Below, one piece after another: positions 12,601 to 24,600 of a stretch of DNA of 64,000 nt. This stretch comes from Mytilus edulis (Eukaryota), in contig NC_092357.1 of NCBI RefSeq assembly GCF_963676685.1, positions 52,328,001 to 52,392,000 of the forward strand. The letters are read 5' to 3'. Under the pieces are notes generated by a model. It was not told where the DNA came from, did not search any database, and saw nothing but the letters and a program-made list of their open reading frames with translations. The translations under genes and the position numbers were made by a program. Each line of letters starts with the position of its first letter. Positions within the stretch are counted from its first letter, which is position 1.

Positions 12601-15600
12601 TACATCTTTCACATAATCAAAGACAAATCAAGAAGCATTCGAATATTAATGTTAATTGAGGGAGCGAAATAACCAAATTACAAGAACATAATAAACGTGT
12701 AATTGGGGAAAAGAGACAGAAACAAGAAACGAAATATTTACTATTTCACTAGCAAATATAGGAGACGTCTTCTGGCAGAGCAAACATTGCTTAATTTTAA
12801 GAAATAGAAGAAACTGATTGTTGAAGGCCGTACAGTGACCTATAGTTGTTAATTTCTGTGTCATTTTGATCTCTTATGGAGAGTTGTCTCATTGGCAATC
12901 ATACCACATCTTCTTTTTATATATATTTAAATCATTTTACAAGACATCAAATTGTCATTTTGTGCTATTGTTGCAGGCAATTCCTCGCAAAAGTTAAAAA
13001 ATGTTTATGTATCTAAAATTTTGTTTTAATTCAATGGAATTTTGCATTTGCATCGGCTTGAAAAAATAAAACCATATAAAGAAGCAACTTCGAACATCTC
13101 TTTACTTTAAGCGGCATTTTCACATGAGTAGAATATAAGGTAAACGTTTGAAACTTTCCGTGGAAGAACGTCAAAATCGTCGTTTTATTAGGAACTTTAC
13201 TGTTCAAGATGGTCACCAGGGTTTACTTTTAAATTATGGGGCCAAATTGCAATATTAAACCAAATTTAAAAGTACATGTATCTGTTATGATTTTTATCTT
13301 TTTTTATATGATTTCAAAAACCAAAGTAGATCGAGTCAGGTGAGCGATGCAGGCTCTTGAGAGTCTCTAGTTTAGTTTAGTGATTTAAATAAATAAAAAA
13401 AAATAAGTCAGAATTTAAATTGTTCCCCCACTAAAGACTCCTCTAAAATCATGAATGGTCATGCTGTACAGTCATCAGAATTTCTTTGCATTGGTACTGT
13501 TACGAATTTACAGTTTAAGAAGGTTTAATATTTCTACAGTTGTATATTTTTCGAAACCTCTATGAATTTTCCATTTGATCTCTTTTTCATTGAAAACGGC
13601 ATTTAAAATCATCCCTTTATTCTTGGTTCCTATCAGACGCTTTACCTGTATAATTGTTGCTAAGGTGCTCTCTTCGAGGTCCGCGTTCGAAGTATATAAA
13701 TAGTGGGTAGCTATGCAGTTCTAATAATACCGACCGTGCAAGGGCTGTATAGCCAGTCAAGGTCGTTAAAAACTTCCATTTGCAGTTCTAATCGTCTGAA
13801 GTACTCGTACTGATCACTACTCACTTTTTGGACAAATCATCATGGAAATCCCCGATGAATTGAGCGCTTTGTTAGCCGCCATGAAGTTGACTGGTAAAGA
13901 ACCTGCCTGGAAGTTCTCGGCAAGTTCTGACAAGGTTACAGTACAGTTGACGTGGACCAAGGCTAAGGAACAAGAGGCATCATCCAGTAAACCCAAGCCG
14001 GCCCTGAAAAAGAGTAAGCCACCATCCTCCAGTAGAAAAGACGCCAAGCGTTACGACCAGTGGATGGCAAACAAAACAGCCGTGGTACCTGCTGCCCAAA
14101 TCCAACAAACCACCATCACGCAAAACGAGGCAAGAGACAGCGTAGTTGGACATGTTGATGTGATTTCCGAGTATTATCACTTAATACTAATATCAGTGAT
14201 ACAATACAATGCTTCTTATTGAACTAACTCACCAAATATACTCTGATACGCTCTGGTTAAGTCTTATTACTTGTACTTTACTCCCGCCAATACGCCAACT
14301 CTCGTTACCTGGTAACTATCCGAGATCTTATCCTGAGTTGGGTAATTATCAATGGATCATCCCGGGAACCGGACTACGCGGTATGTCTAACTACCGTACT
14401 GTCTACATAGTAATGTCACGTCCATTATACTATATTACACAACACTCCTCCCAACTTTGAAAGGAGTGAGTTTACTTCCTATTTGAATATTCACTATATT
14501 CCTTTAGTCCACCCCGTCTGGTCGCACCACGGGGATAAAAAAAAATTAATCTCCAACTATCATGAATGTATATTTCCAATGTTGATCCACATATTAACAA
14601 CACACCTATATATATATAATATATTTATATTCAAAATTCACAATTTCTCCGTTGTCGCTTTGCGGATTCACTTTATAACTAACATATCATTCCTTGATAT
14701 ATATATTGTAAACAATTCCACTTATGGTCTAATTTTCAATTAAAATTTACAGCTGATTTTCTATGTCCACATGAATCTGATCTATATACATATTGTCTCA
14801 TTTTTAAATTATCTTGCGGTCCCAGAGTCCTGGCACCGTGGACATCTAAACTTTAGCATAGTGTCAGCCAGTGCTGGTGTCAAATCTATACAAGCTCCAT
14901 GGTACCATTCATCGCAGAAATCACACTGTATCATAAACAGTCCATCGTCTGGTTTTCTGCACAAACAGTACAAGTCTGGGTTAGTCGCCTTAGTCACATC
15001 TTCACCGTCCTGTAACCGGTGCTGGCACTGTTTTAACCAGGGTGGTACATCTCTGTCCTTACATGGCTTTAAACGGTCATGATTTATTGTCAGTACAGAT
15101 TTTTGTAGTTTTATCTTGTAAACATACGAAGATAATTTTTCACATACAAGTCCTGGACCTTTCCAAGGTGGGTCCAATTTCTTCGCTCTACCTTTAATTT
15201 TTGCTGTGTCTAAAACATAAACTAAATCTCCTATTTTGTATTCTCTTTCCAGAATACGTACATCATAATCACGTTTCATGAATTCTGGGTAGTTTTTAGC
15301 GTATTGCGCGCTATTTCGTGTGCAGATGTTATGGCATCTCGGAGTCTCATCACATACTCATCTTGTGACTCATCTGTTTTAGCACCAGGTACACTGTACA
15401 ATAAATCAACAGGCTGGTTAACCTCTCTCCCAAGCATCAGCATGTTTGGCGTAAAACCAGTACTCCTGTTTACTGACGATCGAACAGCTCCTGCCAACTG
15501 TGCCAAATGTTCATCCCAATTGTCTTGTTGTTTAGACACGAAGCAACGGACTGCGTCCATTAAGGTTCTGTTGCAACGTTCTGCTTGTCCGTTTGATGAT

Positions 15601-18600
15601 GGTCTGTACGGAGTAGTTCTCGCTTTGTGCATTTGCAAGATTTCACAGATGGATTTGAAAAGCTTGCTTTCAAAATTGCGTCCTTGGTCTGTAAAAACCT
15701 GAAATGGGAATCCAAAACGAGATAAAAACTCATTCCCTGCAGCTCTTGCCGTATGCTCTGCGGTTTGAGCTGGTAACGGAATACATTCCATCCATTTGGA
15801 AAACTGGTCAACCATAACTAGTACATGAGCATTCCCAAATTTCGTCTCTGGCAGTGGTCCTAGAAAATCTAAGTGGACTCGCTCCATTGGTGCACCTGCA
15901 TGAAACTGGGTAAGCGGGCATTTAGCCTTTCTGTTTGGCTTCTTGTGTAGATTGCATGTACTACATGTTTTGACAAAGTCTCTTATTTTTTGTGTCATAC
16001 CATACCATTGATATTTTGCCTTAATTCTCAATGTGGTCCTGTTCATACCTTGATGACCTGCAGCAGGAATATCATGACATAATGATATCACTTGTTCAAC
16101 AAGATCTCTTGGTACAACAAGTCTTGGTGTTCTGTCTTTCTTGTCCAAATTTCTCAATATACCATTATCATCTAAATAGAACATATCTTTGTTTATCCAA
16201 TATTTCTTTGCTATTGGACTGCATCTGAATATTGTAGCTTCTGATGGTTCTGTTTTGTCCCTGAACCATACCAGTATTAACTCCAAGTCTGGGTCTTTAG
16301 ACTGATAATCTTGTAATTGTTCTGGTGAAGTACTAGCTTCTATGCCAGTCTCAGTAATGGCATTTACATTTGGAAGGTCCAAATATGTCGCGTAAACTGA
16401 CATACCAAGTGGTGTAGTGACTATTTCAACTGAACTGTGGCAAACATTTTGGTTCTGGCTCACTGTATCTTGATTTGTACTGTCAAATACTTGTTGCTGG
16501 ACCTGAGATGTACCTAAATTTTCGTTCACGTGACTAGTCACGTTCTGGTCCTCATCTTGTGGTATTGAACTGTCTGGTCTAGTATTGTCCTCTGTAATTA
16601 CATGTATATGTTGGGTATTGTCCTGTTTCATTAAATTGTCATCAGAAATCAAAGAACTCGGTAGTACTGTGTGTGGTCCTATAGGTTCAAAACTTTTACA
16701 GTCCTGATGTGAAGCTAAAGGAATAACATTATCTACATCCTCTTGAAAACCAAGCCAACTTTGGTGAGCACGAATACAGTAATCGCATGCTCCACAGGGT
16801 AGATTGTGTTTTAGCACGTTTCCAGCTGCTAATCTATTCTGTGGACAGGCTAAATCTGGCAGACGTGATACTGCGTCCGCATTTTGGTGTCTTTTACCTG
16901 GCCTGTGTTTTACTGTCATGTGATACTGGCTTAGCTCCTCTAGCCATCGAGCTAGTTTTCCTTGTGGCTCTTTAAAGTGCAACAACCATGTTAAACTGCT
17001 ATGGTCTGTACGGACTATAAATTCTCTTCCTAAAAGGTAATGTCTGTAATGTCTGGTGAATTTCACTACAGCAAGCAATTCTTTTCTTGTCGTGCAATAC
17101 CGCTTTTGCTCATGGGTCAATGAAAAACTTCCGTATGCAACTGGACGCTCTACGCCATCGTGGACTTGTATCAACTGTGCTCCAATTGCGAAATTGGAAG
17201 CATCTGTGTCCAAAATAAACGGGTCTTTATTGTTGGGTAATGCCAATAAAGGAGTAGTTGTCAATGCCTCTACAAGTTTGTCAAAAGCCTCTTGCTCTGA
17301 GTCTCTCCATTTGTACGGTTTCTTACCGGTCAATTGATACAAAGGGTAAGACAGATCTGTAAAATTCTTTATGAAAGTTCTATGGTAATTGGCAAAGCCT
17401 AGAAATTGTTCAACCTCTCTGGTTGTCGTAGGTACTTTCCATTTCTTGACAACTTCAACATACTCACTGCCAATAGCCATACCATCTCTATTGATTGTTC
17501 TGCCTAAAAAGTCTATTTCTTTTTTAAAGAAATCACATTTCCTGGGTTTCAATTTGAGCCCATACTCTCTGAAACGTTCAAAAACTGATCGTAAATTCTG
17601 AAAATGGTCTTCAAATGTCTTTCCCATTACTAGAATATCGTCTAGAAAGGCAAGTACAACATTCCATGTTAAACCTCGGAGAACGAGACTCATTACTCTT
17701 GAATATGTCCCTCGGGCATTGCAAAGGCCAAAACTCATTCGGACAAAGTGGAATAATCCGTATTTAGTGATGAAGGCTGTCTTTTCTTTGTCTGAGTCCT
17801 TCACTTTTACCTGATAATACGCACTATTAGCGTTCAATTTTGAAAACCATTCATTTCTTGCCAAAGTGTCCAAACATTCGTCTATCAGAGGAAGCGGGTA
17901 GACATCTTTTTTCGTCACGGAATTCAGTTTCCTGTAATCTATACACCAGCGCACGTTGCCATCGCGCTTGCGCACAAGTACTGGCGCAGATGCCCATTCT
18001 GATATAGATGGTTCTATTATACCTGCATCTAACATTTTCTTTAAATGGCTTTCTTCTTCGTGTGCAATGCACATGGGTGTTCGTCTTATTCGTTGTTTGA
18101 TAGGGCGCGCATCACCTGTATCAATCTCATGTTCAATGTGGCTAAATGTTCCCAAGTCCAAATCATCTAGTGCGAAAACATCAACAAATTCATGAAGTAA
18201 ATTCGCAACTTTGGACTGTTGGTCTTTAGTGAGTGTACTGGATTTATCCAATATGTTCTGTAACTGTTCCGGTCGTGGGTTGTTATCTCTGGCTATTCCA
18301 GTTGTTGCTACTGACGGGGCTGGCCCCGTTTCAACTACATCAGCTTCAATTGCTTCGCCTAGAAGAGTTCCCTTTTGTAAAACTATCTTGTTATTTGTTA
18401 CATTCAGTAAACTGACACATGGCAAAACACTAGCATTGTAATAACCACGTGGGATTAACAAATCTATCTCTTTATTAGGTTCAATTATAAAATCTGTTAA
18501 TTCTGCCGACAAATCTGACTCTAATTGTACAAGTGAATTAGGCGGTATGACTGTTCTATGTGGAACGGTAATTTTAGCAACTCTTGCTATTTTGTTTACA

Positions 18601-21600
18601 GGCGGTACCAGTCCAACATCTCCATGGATCATAGGTAATGCTTCTCCATTGATGAAAAATACCAATTTTCTGTATCACTTTTGCTCTAACAAGAAAATCA
18701 AGTCCTAATACCATGTCATTATCAATTGGCGCAACATAAATATCTGTCCTGTATGTTCTTTCACCAATTTTCAATTCGACTGGTCCCACTACAAATGCAT
18801 CCATATGCATACCACGCCCTGCTGCCTGCATTGTTGTTTTTCTTTTGATGGGTGGTTTCTTAATGAAAGATTCGAAAACTTTGTCGGAAATTATTGTTAC
18901 TTCCGCTGCGGTATCTACTACCGAAATTACTGACTGTCCCTGTACTTTTAATGTGAATCGAAGCATAGATGTTGAACCTAACTGGCAAATAGTTCCTCCT
19001 AAATGTACAGGATCTTGCATCTGAAGGTCAATTACTTGCTGTAAATCATTATCAGGCTGCGTTTTGTGCAATGGTGAATTAGACAAAGTATCTGTAGATG
19101 TTGAATTGTCACATGTTTTTAACGGGGTATTCCCCGAAACAGTTGTCTTGTTAATATCGTTTGAAATAGTGTTCAATGTTAGGCGGTTAGGTTTGGACTG
19201 AGTCAGGGTTCCGCCCTCTAGTCCGACTCTTTCTGGTTTAAAGAATCTGTATAACTACTTCCTGACGGCGACTGTAATTCAGGACAGTCCCGTTGTATGT
19301 GTCCAAACTGATGACAGAAATAGCAAGCCATGTTTGCTAATTTCTCAGGTGGTATGGGTCCCTAGCGCCTTTTGAATGGTGATTGACGCTGGTTATCTTG
19401 CCTATTATCTCTGTTACGTCATTGTTGGCGATTACCTTGCTTGTTGGTTTGCTGGCTAAATGGTTGGGCTGCTGGCTGGACTTCATTCTGTGCAGGAAAC
19501 TGTTTTGCCTGCTGTTGTTTTTGAAACTGCTGTTTAAGGTCGCCTATTTCCTGTTTATACAATGCATCCATAGCAGTCATCTTTTCTAGCAATGTTTCCA
19601 TTTGTTTCGACAATTCTGACTTTGTGTCCGTCTTACCAATAGCATGAACAGCTAAGTCGCTATCATAATCATAACTAGGTTCATCTTGACTTGGTGTTGG
19701 GTCACGTCTACCTGTTGGTTTACCAAATATAGCGGTGTGGTTATGTTGGAACCATTTTATCTGATCAATTGCTGCTTCAACAGATGTTGGTCTGGCTGTG
19801 GCTCCATGTTTACCAGCTTCTTTATCTGAACATCCCTGGCATATTTTCCAGATAGCTTGTGTGTACATATAATTGTCGGGAAGATCTCTAAATGCTTTAC
19901 AGGCTAACGAGAGAACTCGATCTGCCCAATCTTCCAATTTTTCATTTGCATTTTGACGTGCACTCATGAACTGCACTTGCAACGTCTCAGGCAAGTCTTG
20001 AAAGTTAAACCTTTTCTCAAGTTTGTGAATTACATCAAAATAATCCACGCCCTGGTCCCTGTCGATTAAATTTGCATAGTAATCACCTGCTTTGCCATGT
20101 AAACACCAACACAATTGGTCTTTTCGTTCCGTGGTAGTCCACGATAAACGATCAGCATACCTCTGAAACTTGGTGTAAAAAGTTTTCCAACTTGATGAAC
20201 CATCATACTTTAGTCCTTTTGGTGTTTCTAAGTTCTTTGATTTTGGTTTAGCTGGTGGCATTAATTGTGGTGACTCATGATAACTTAAAAATGGTCTAGG
20301 TGTATACATATTTCTGTTCATTGTAGAGGAGTATGCTGGGTTTGGTGTTCTCAAGGAATATACTGGTTCCCTAAAAATTTCTGGTGAAGGTATTCTGCGT
20401 TGAATTTCAGGTAAAGGTATTCTGCGTCTGATTTCTGGTGAAGGTATACGTATTCTGTGTTGAATTTCAGGTGACGGTATCCTACGAGGAATTATAGTTG
20501 ATGGTGTATGTGATTCTAACCGTTGATGACGTCTTGGGACTGGAAAAGGCCTTTCTGTTCTAGGTTTGTGTTCATTGGGTCCTTGCTGCCTTTCCACCTG
20601 TGATGTCTGCTGATGTGGATTATGGTCTCGTGAATAATCACGTGTTTCAATGTTTTCATTGGGACCTTGCTGCCATCCCAACTGTGATGTCTTCTGATTT
20701 GGATTATAGTTACGTGAATAATCACGGTTTTCAATATTTTCATTGGGACCTTGCTGCCATCCCAACTGTGGGTTCTGATGCTGGGTAGCTTGGTGACGTG
20801 AAAATTCACGACTGTCAATATTTTCCTCAACATTTAATCTGATACTTGGTTTCGTGTACCCTAATTTATCTGTTCTATGGATGTTTTCTGGCTTAGATTA
20901 TCTATCACTAGCAAAATCTTGAACTTTATCTTGATCGTCACACTCAGTTTGAAATAACGACTTCTTTTCATCTTGTCTGGAGGTTTTTGATGAGTACCGA
21001 TGGTCTCCATGCTGCATTGTATAATCTAAAACTTTGCTCATTGCTGAACTGGGACGTGATAAATCATGCTTGACTTCCTCACGCTCAGGTTTAAGCAAAT
21101 ATTCATCAGAAGGTGTGTCTGAAAATGAAAAATCTCGAGTTTCTGCATCTTGTTTAGCATGTCCTGAATGAAATGCAGTTGTTTGCACCTCTCCCATGTC
21201 AACATAATCTTGTAACTCATAACTGAATTGTGGCTGCGAAGTGTACTCAGGTTGCTGAATAACCGGTGAAAAATCTATCAAATCTATCAATGCTTCAGTA
21301 ATTTTTAGTCTTGGTATTTCCATAAGATGCTCAGGCTGAATATTACCAAGTGTCTCTCTCATAGACATAATCTTGTCAGCTATAACATTTCCCACACCAG
21401 GCAACAACCTTAATTCTTCATAAGAACAGCTTTTGATTTTAATGCATTGCTGCTGAAAAGCTAATGTTGCCATAATGTTATATTAACACAAATACAATTT
21501 AATTAAATCACTGGTTGCTGAACCTGAGAAAAAAAATTCAATGTGTATGTGCTATGTGGCTATCCACACAAAAAAACGGCTATTTTTTCGGAAAATTGCT

Positions 21601-24600
21601 AATTTATCTGTTGCCGGTTAATTTCGCCATTTTCCGGGCAAAGTTGACAATTTTATCAAACGTGTAACGATTATGCAACAACAATTTGTAAACACTGTAA
21701 TTAAAGCAAGTTTTTATGCTTATTGTATATCCGTGTTCAAACACTTCATTGTAGCAAACGAACTCCGCAATTACACGTGACGTACTCACTTCTGTGTCTC
21801 GCTCCAAATTCTTCTTTTCCGCAGGAAACCCTGCTCGCCAAGCGCCAGTGATATGATTTCCGAGTATTATCACTTAATACTAATATCAGTGATACAATAC
21901 AATGCTTCTTATTGTACTAACTCACCAAATATACTCTGATACGCTCTGGTTAAGTCTTAGTACTTGTACTATACTCCCGCCAATCGGTCAACTTGTTACC
22001 TGGTAACTATCCGAGATCTTATCCTGAGTTGGGTAGTTATCAATGGATCATCCCGGGAACCGGACTACGCGGTATGTCTAACTACCGTACTGTCTACATA
22101 GTAATGTCACGTCCATTATACTATATTAAACAACAATGTATTCACACCAACTAAGTACAAAGGGGAACCAGTTGGGGTTGTAGTCAATAGGGATATTGTC
22201 ATCAGTCCCTACAACCCCAACAAGGCCTACCACCGCCTGGTATTTTACACCTCAACAAATGACAGAGGCAAGCGCAGTAGGATCGACTTCGAAGAAGGGT
22301 TTGACATCGACGACCCAGACCTACTGCGCACACCACCACACACATCGCCCGTCATCAATGAAGAATTCAAAGAGGCAATGCAAACAGTCATACTAGCAGC
22401 ACGACCTGATACTCCGTGCCAGCAACACCAACGCAGTCGAAGTAAAATGAAGGCCAAAAGACAAACAGACTCCGGTCTATAAAATAGATTATTACAGTCC
22501 GCAATATCCAGACAGGATAGCCGGACGTGAAACATCTACATATCATCATTATCATCAGTTCTAATCGTCATTTGTACCGAAGACAGCAGACAGTAAACAT
22601 CGGAAAGGAAGTAGTTTATAGCAGGCAGTAGGTTTAGATTAAGTAAAGTGAAGTGCTTGGAACCTGCGGACAGAATAGAGAATGGGCTGAGACTGTTGGT
22701 TCGGTACAGATTGGCCAAACAGGGCTGGTGCTAAGGTTTTGCGTCTCACATCTCTCACTATTGCAGTGAGTGTTTGCTGACATACCATGCCTCAGTGCTA
22801 TCCAGTTGTTCCGACAGTTATAGACATGCTTATTAAATAAAGTTTTATACCTTTTAAGTTTCAGCCTAGTTTGATACATTTAGGTTCAGTCCCGTTTTAT
22901 ACATTTAGGTTTCAGCCGGTTTGATACATTTCGGTTTCAGACCGTTTGAATCATTTCGGTTCAGCCCCGTTTTATACATTAAGGTTTTAAGACCCGTTCC
23001 ATACTTTCAGGTTTCAGACCAGTTCCAAACATTTAGGTTTCAGACCAGTTCCAAACATTTAGGTTTCCGACAATAGTGCCAAACCGTCTGACCAGTTTCA
23101 TACATTTAGGTTTCAGACCAGTTTCATAATTTAGGTTTCAGACCAGTTTCATACATTTAGGTTTCAGACCATTTCATAATTTAGGTTTCACAAAAACATA
23201 GTAGGTGTGTTCGAATAGCTATTTTTGACTGAAAGTACTTGACGACAGTCTTTCAAGTTGGATGATGAAAATGCATATCTTCGAAAAATTATATTTTTTT
23301 TGTGTGTGCTTACTAGGGGTTTATAGTCTTTAACCACTAAAGAAATCTAGTCTGCCCTTACACGAAATATTTAATTAGATTTTTTTTTAAATGTTTATGA
23401 ATTTTCGAAAATTCCATCTGACAACCGATCCACGGCCGACACTCGGCTAACCGAGAGATAGGTCGGTTAATCTATATTGAGTATGCGGCTATATCGGCGG
23501 TTGGTCTGTTAATCGGGTTGGTTATACGTCTGTTAAGAGTAAAACGCACAATTTTAATATTAAAATATATTTAATATACAGATTTTAGGTACATTATAAG
23601 AATCAAATCAAAAAAAGAAAAGTGTCTGACAAAATGGTATATATCATAGAACATTTTCCAACTGTAAAAACATTTCATAGTCTGCGCAGTTTTCAGTAAA
23701 ACTAAAAGGCGTCGCGCAAGTATGTAGTATTTATGCTTATACGCATAGCAATTTTTGTAATGAAAGGCGAAAAAACAATTTTAGATATCATTTAAAGGAC
23801 ACAAAATCGTACTTTGGTTCTAAAATATAAATTGAAATTAGTAAATATTTCATAATTGTAATATAACGTGAGTAATACCACGTTTTAGTGAATATTATGG
23901 GAATAAAGTCTGTTAATGGGTTGGACAATTGAAATTGTGTCAGTTAAGAGTTATTTAGCCACGACAATAGTTGTGCTACCTTTATATTTTCCCTTTGAAA
24001 AAGTTAAGAATGAGATGCTCTTGAGTAAAAAAATATGACAATACGCTGCAACAGTATCCTTCTAGTAAGAACATTTTTATTTTGACTTCCTTTGCATTTT
24101 ATTAAGAGGTGTGTCACTTCAAAATATATGGATATGGATTGCCTGCTGGAATATGCATGAATCTATTATTAACGTTTTCTTCAGCCTTAATTTTTGTGTC
24201 TGTTCAAAGTAGCACGTTCTCAAATCCGTCCGAAAGTGTCTTTCTAATACAACACAGGGTACATATAACGTGTTGTCGTTCTCATATGCACATGATATTT
24301 GTCACTGGACGTTTAACTCTAAATCGTCAACATCATCCGATTGGTTTTTTTCTTCTATTACTGAATCATCTGTTGTTTACAAATCAGTCTAAAGAAGTAA
24401 ATGGAAAGAAGCGAATGCAGCTACATTTGGTTATCTTAAGTTTTAATTCATTTTATTCCGTTTAGTTCCTTTCTACATAAGTGCAGAGGAGAACTGCAGT
24501 TGTCCGCATGTAAACTTTTAGCATTTATTACCAATATGAGTACATAGCAATCCGTTACTGTTTCAACACCCAGGGGTGTTTCATGTATTTATTCCCAAAC

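Larger units (their letters stand above)
14156..22135 (-). mobile_element. Ty3/Gypsy LTR retrotransposon, full length, defective
   Basis: Two ~288-bp LTRs (TG...CA), 4-bp TSD ATGT (14152-14155, 22136-22139), PBS, PPT, domain order gag-PR-RT-RH-IN. Confidence 0.98.
13842..22482 (+). pseudogene. Intronless 218-aa ORF of unknown function, split by the Gypsy insertion (13842-14155 + 22140-22482)
   Basis: Removing the element and one ATGT copy gives 657 nt from ATG to TAA with no stop: MEIPDELSALL...RDSVVGH|VFTPTKYKGEPVGVVVNRDIVISPYNPNKAYHRLVFY...KAKRQTDSGL*. Confidence 0.85.

Noticed and set aside
13729-13782. Spliced-leader RNA or known ribozyme
   Set aside because: No donor or Sm-site arrangement, and no HDV, hammerhead, twister or pistol core could be fitted by eye
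14809-15279. Captured host PHD gene or env-like third ORF
   Set aside because: Its N-terminal part is the normal integrase C-terminus; a 1-nt indel explains the separation
15304-18441. + strand ORFs overlapping pol
   Set aside because: Antisense shadows of the long pol frame
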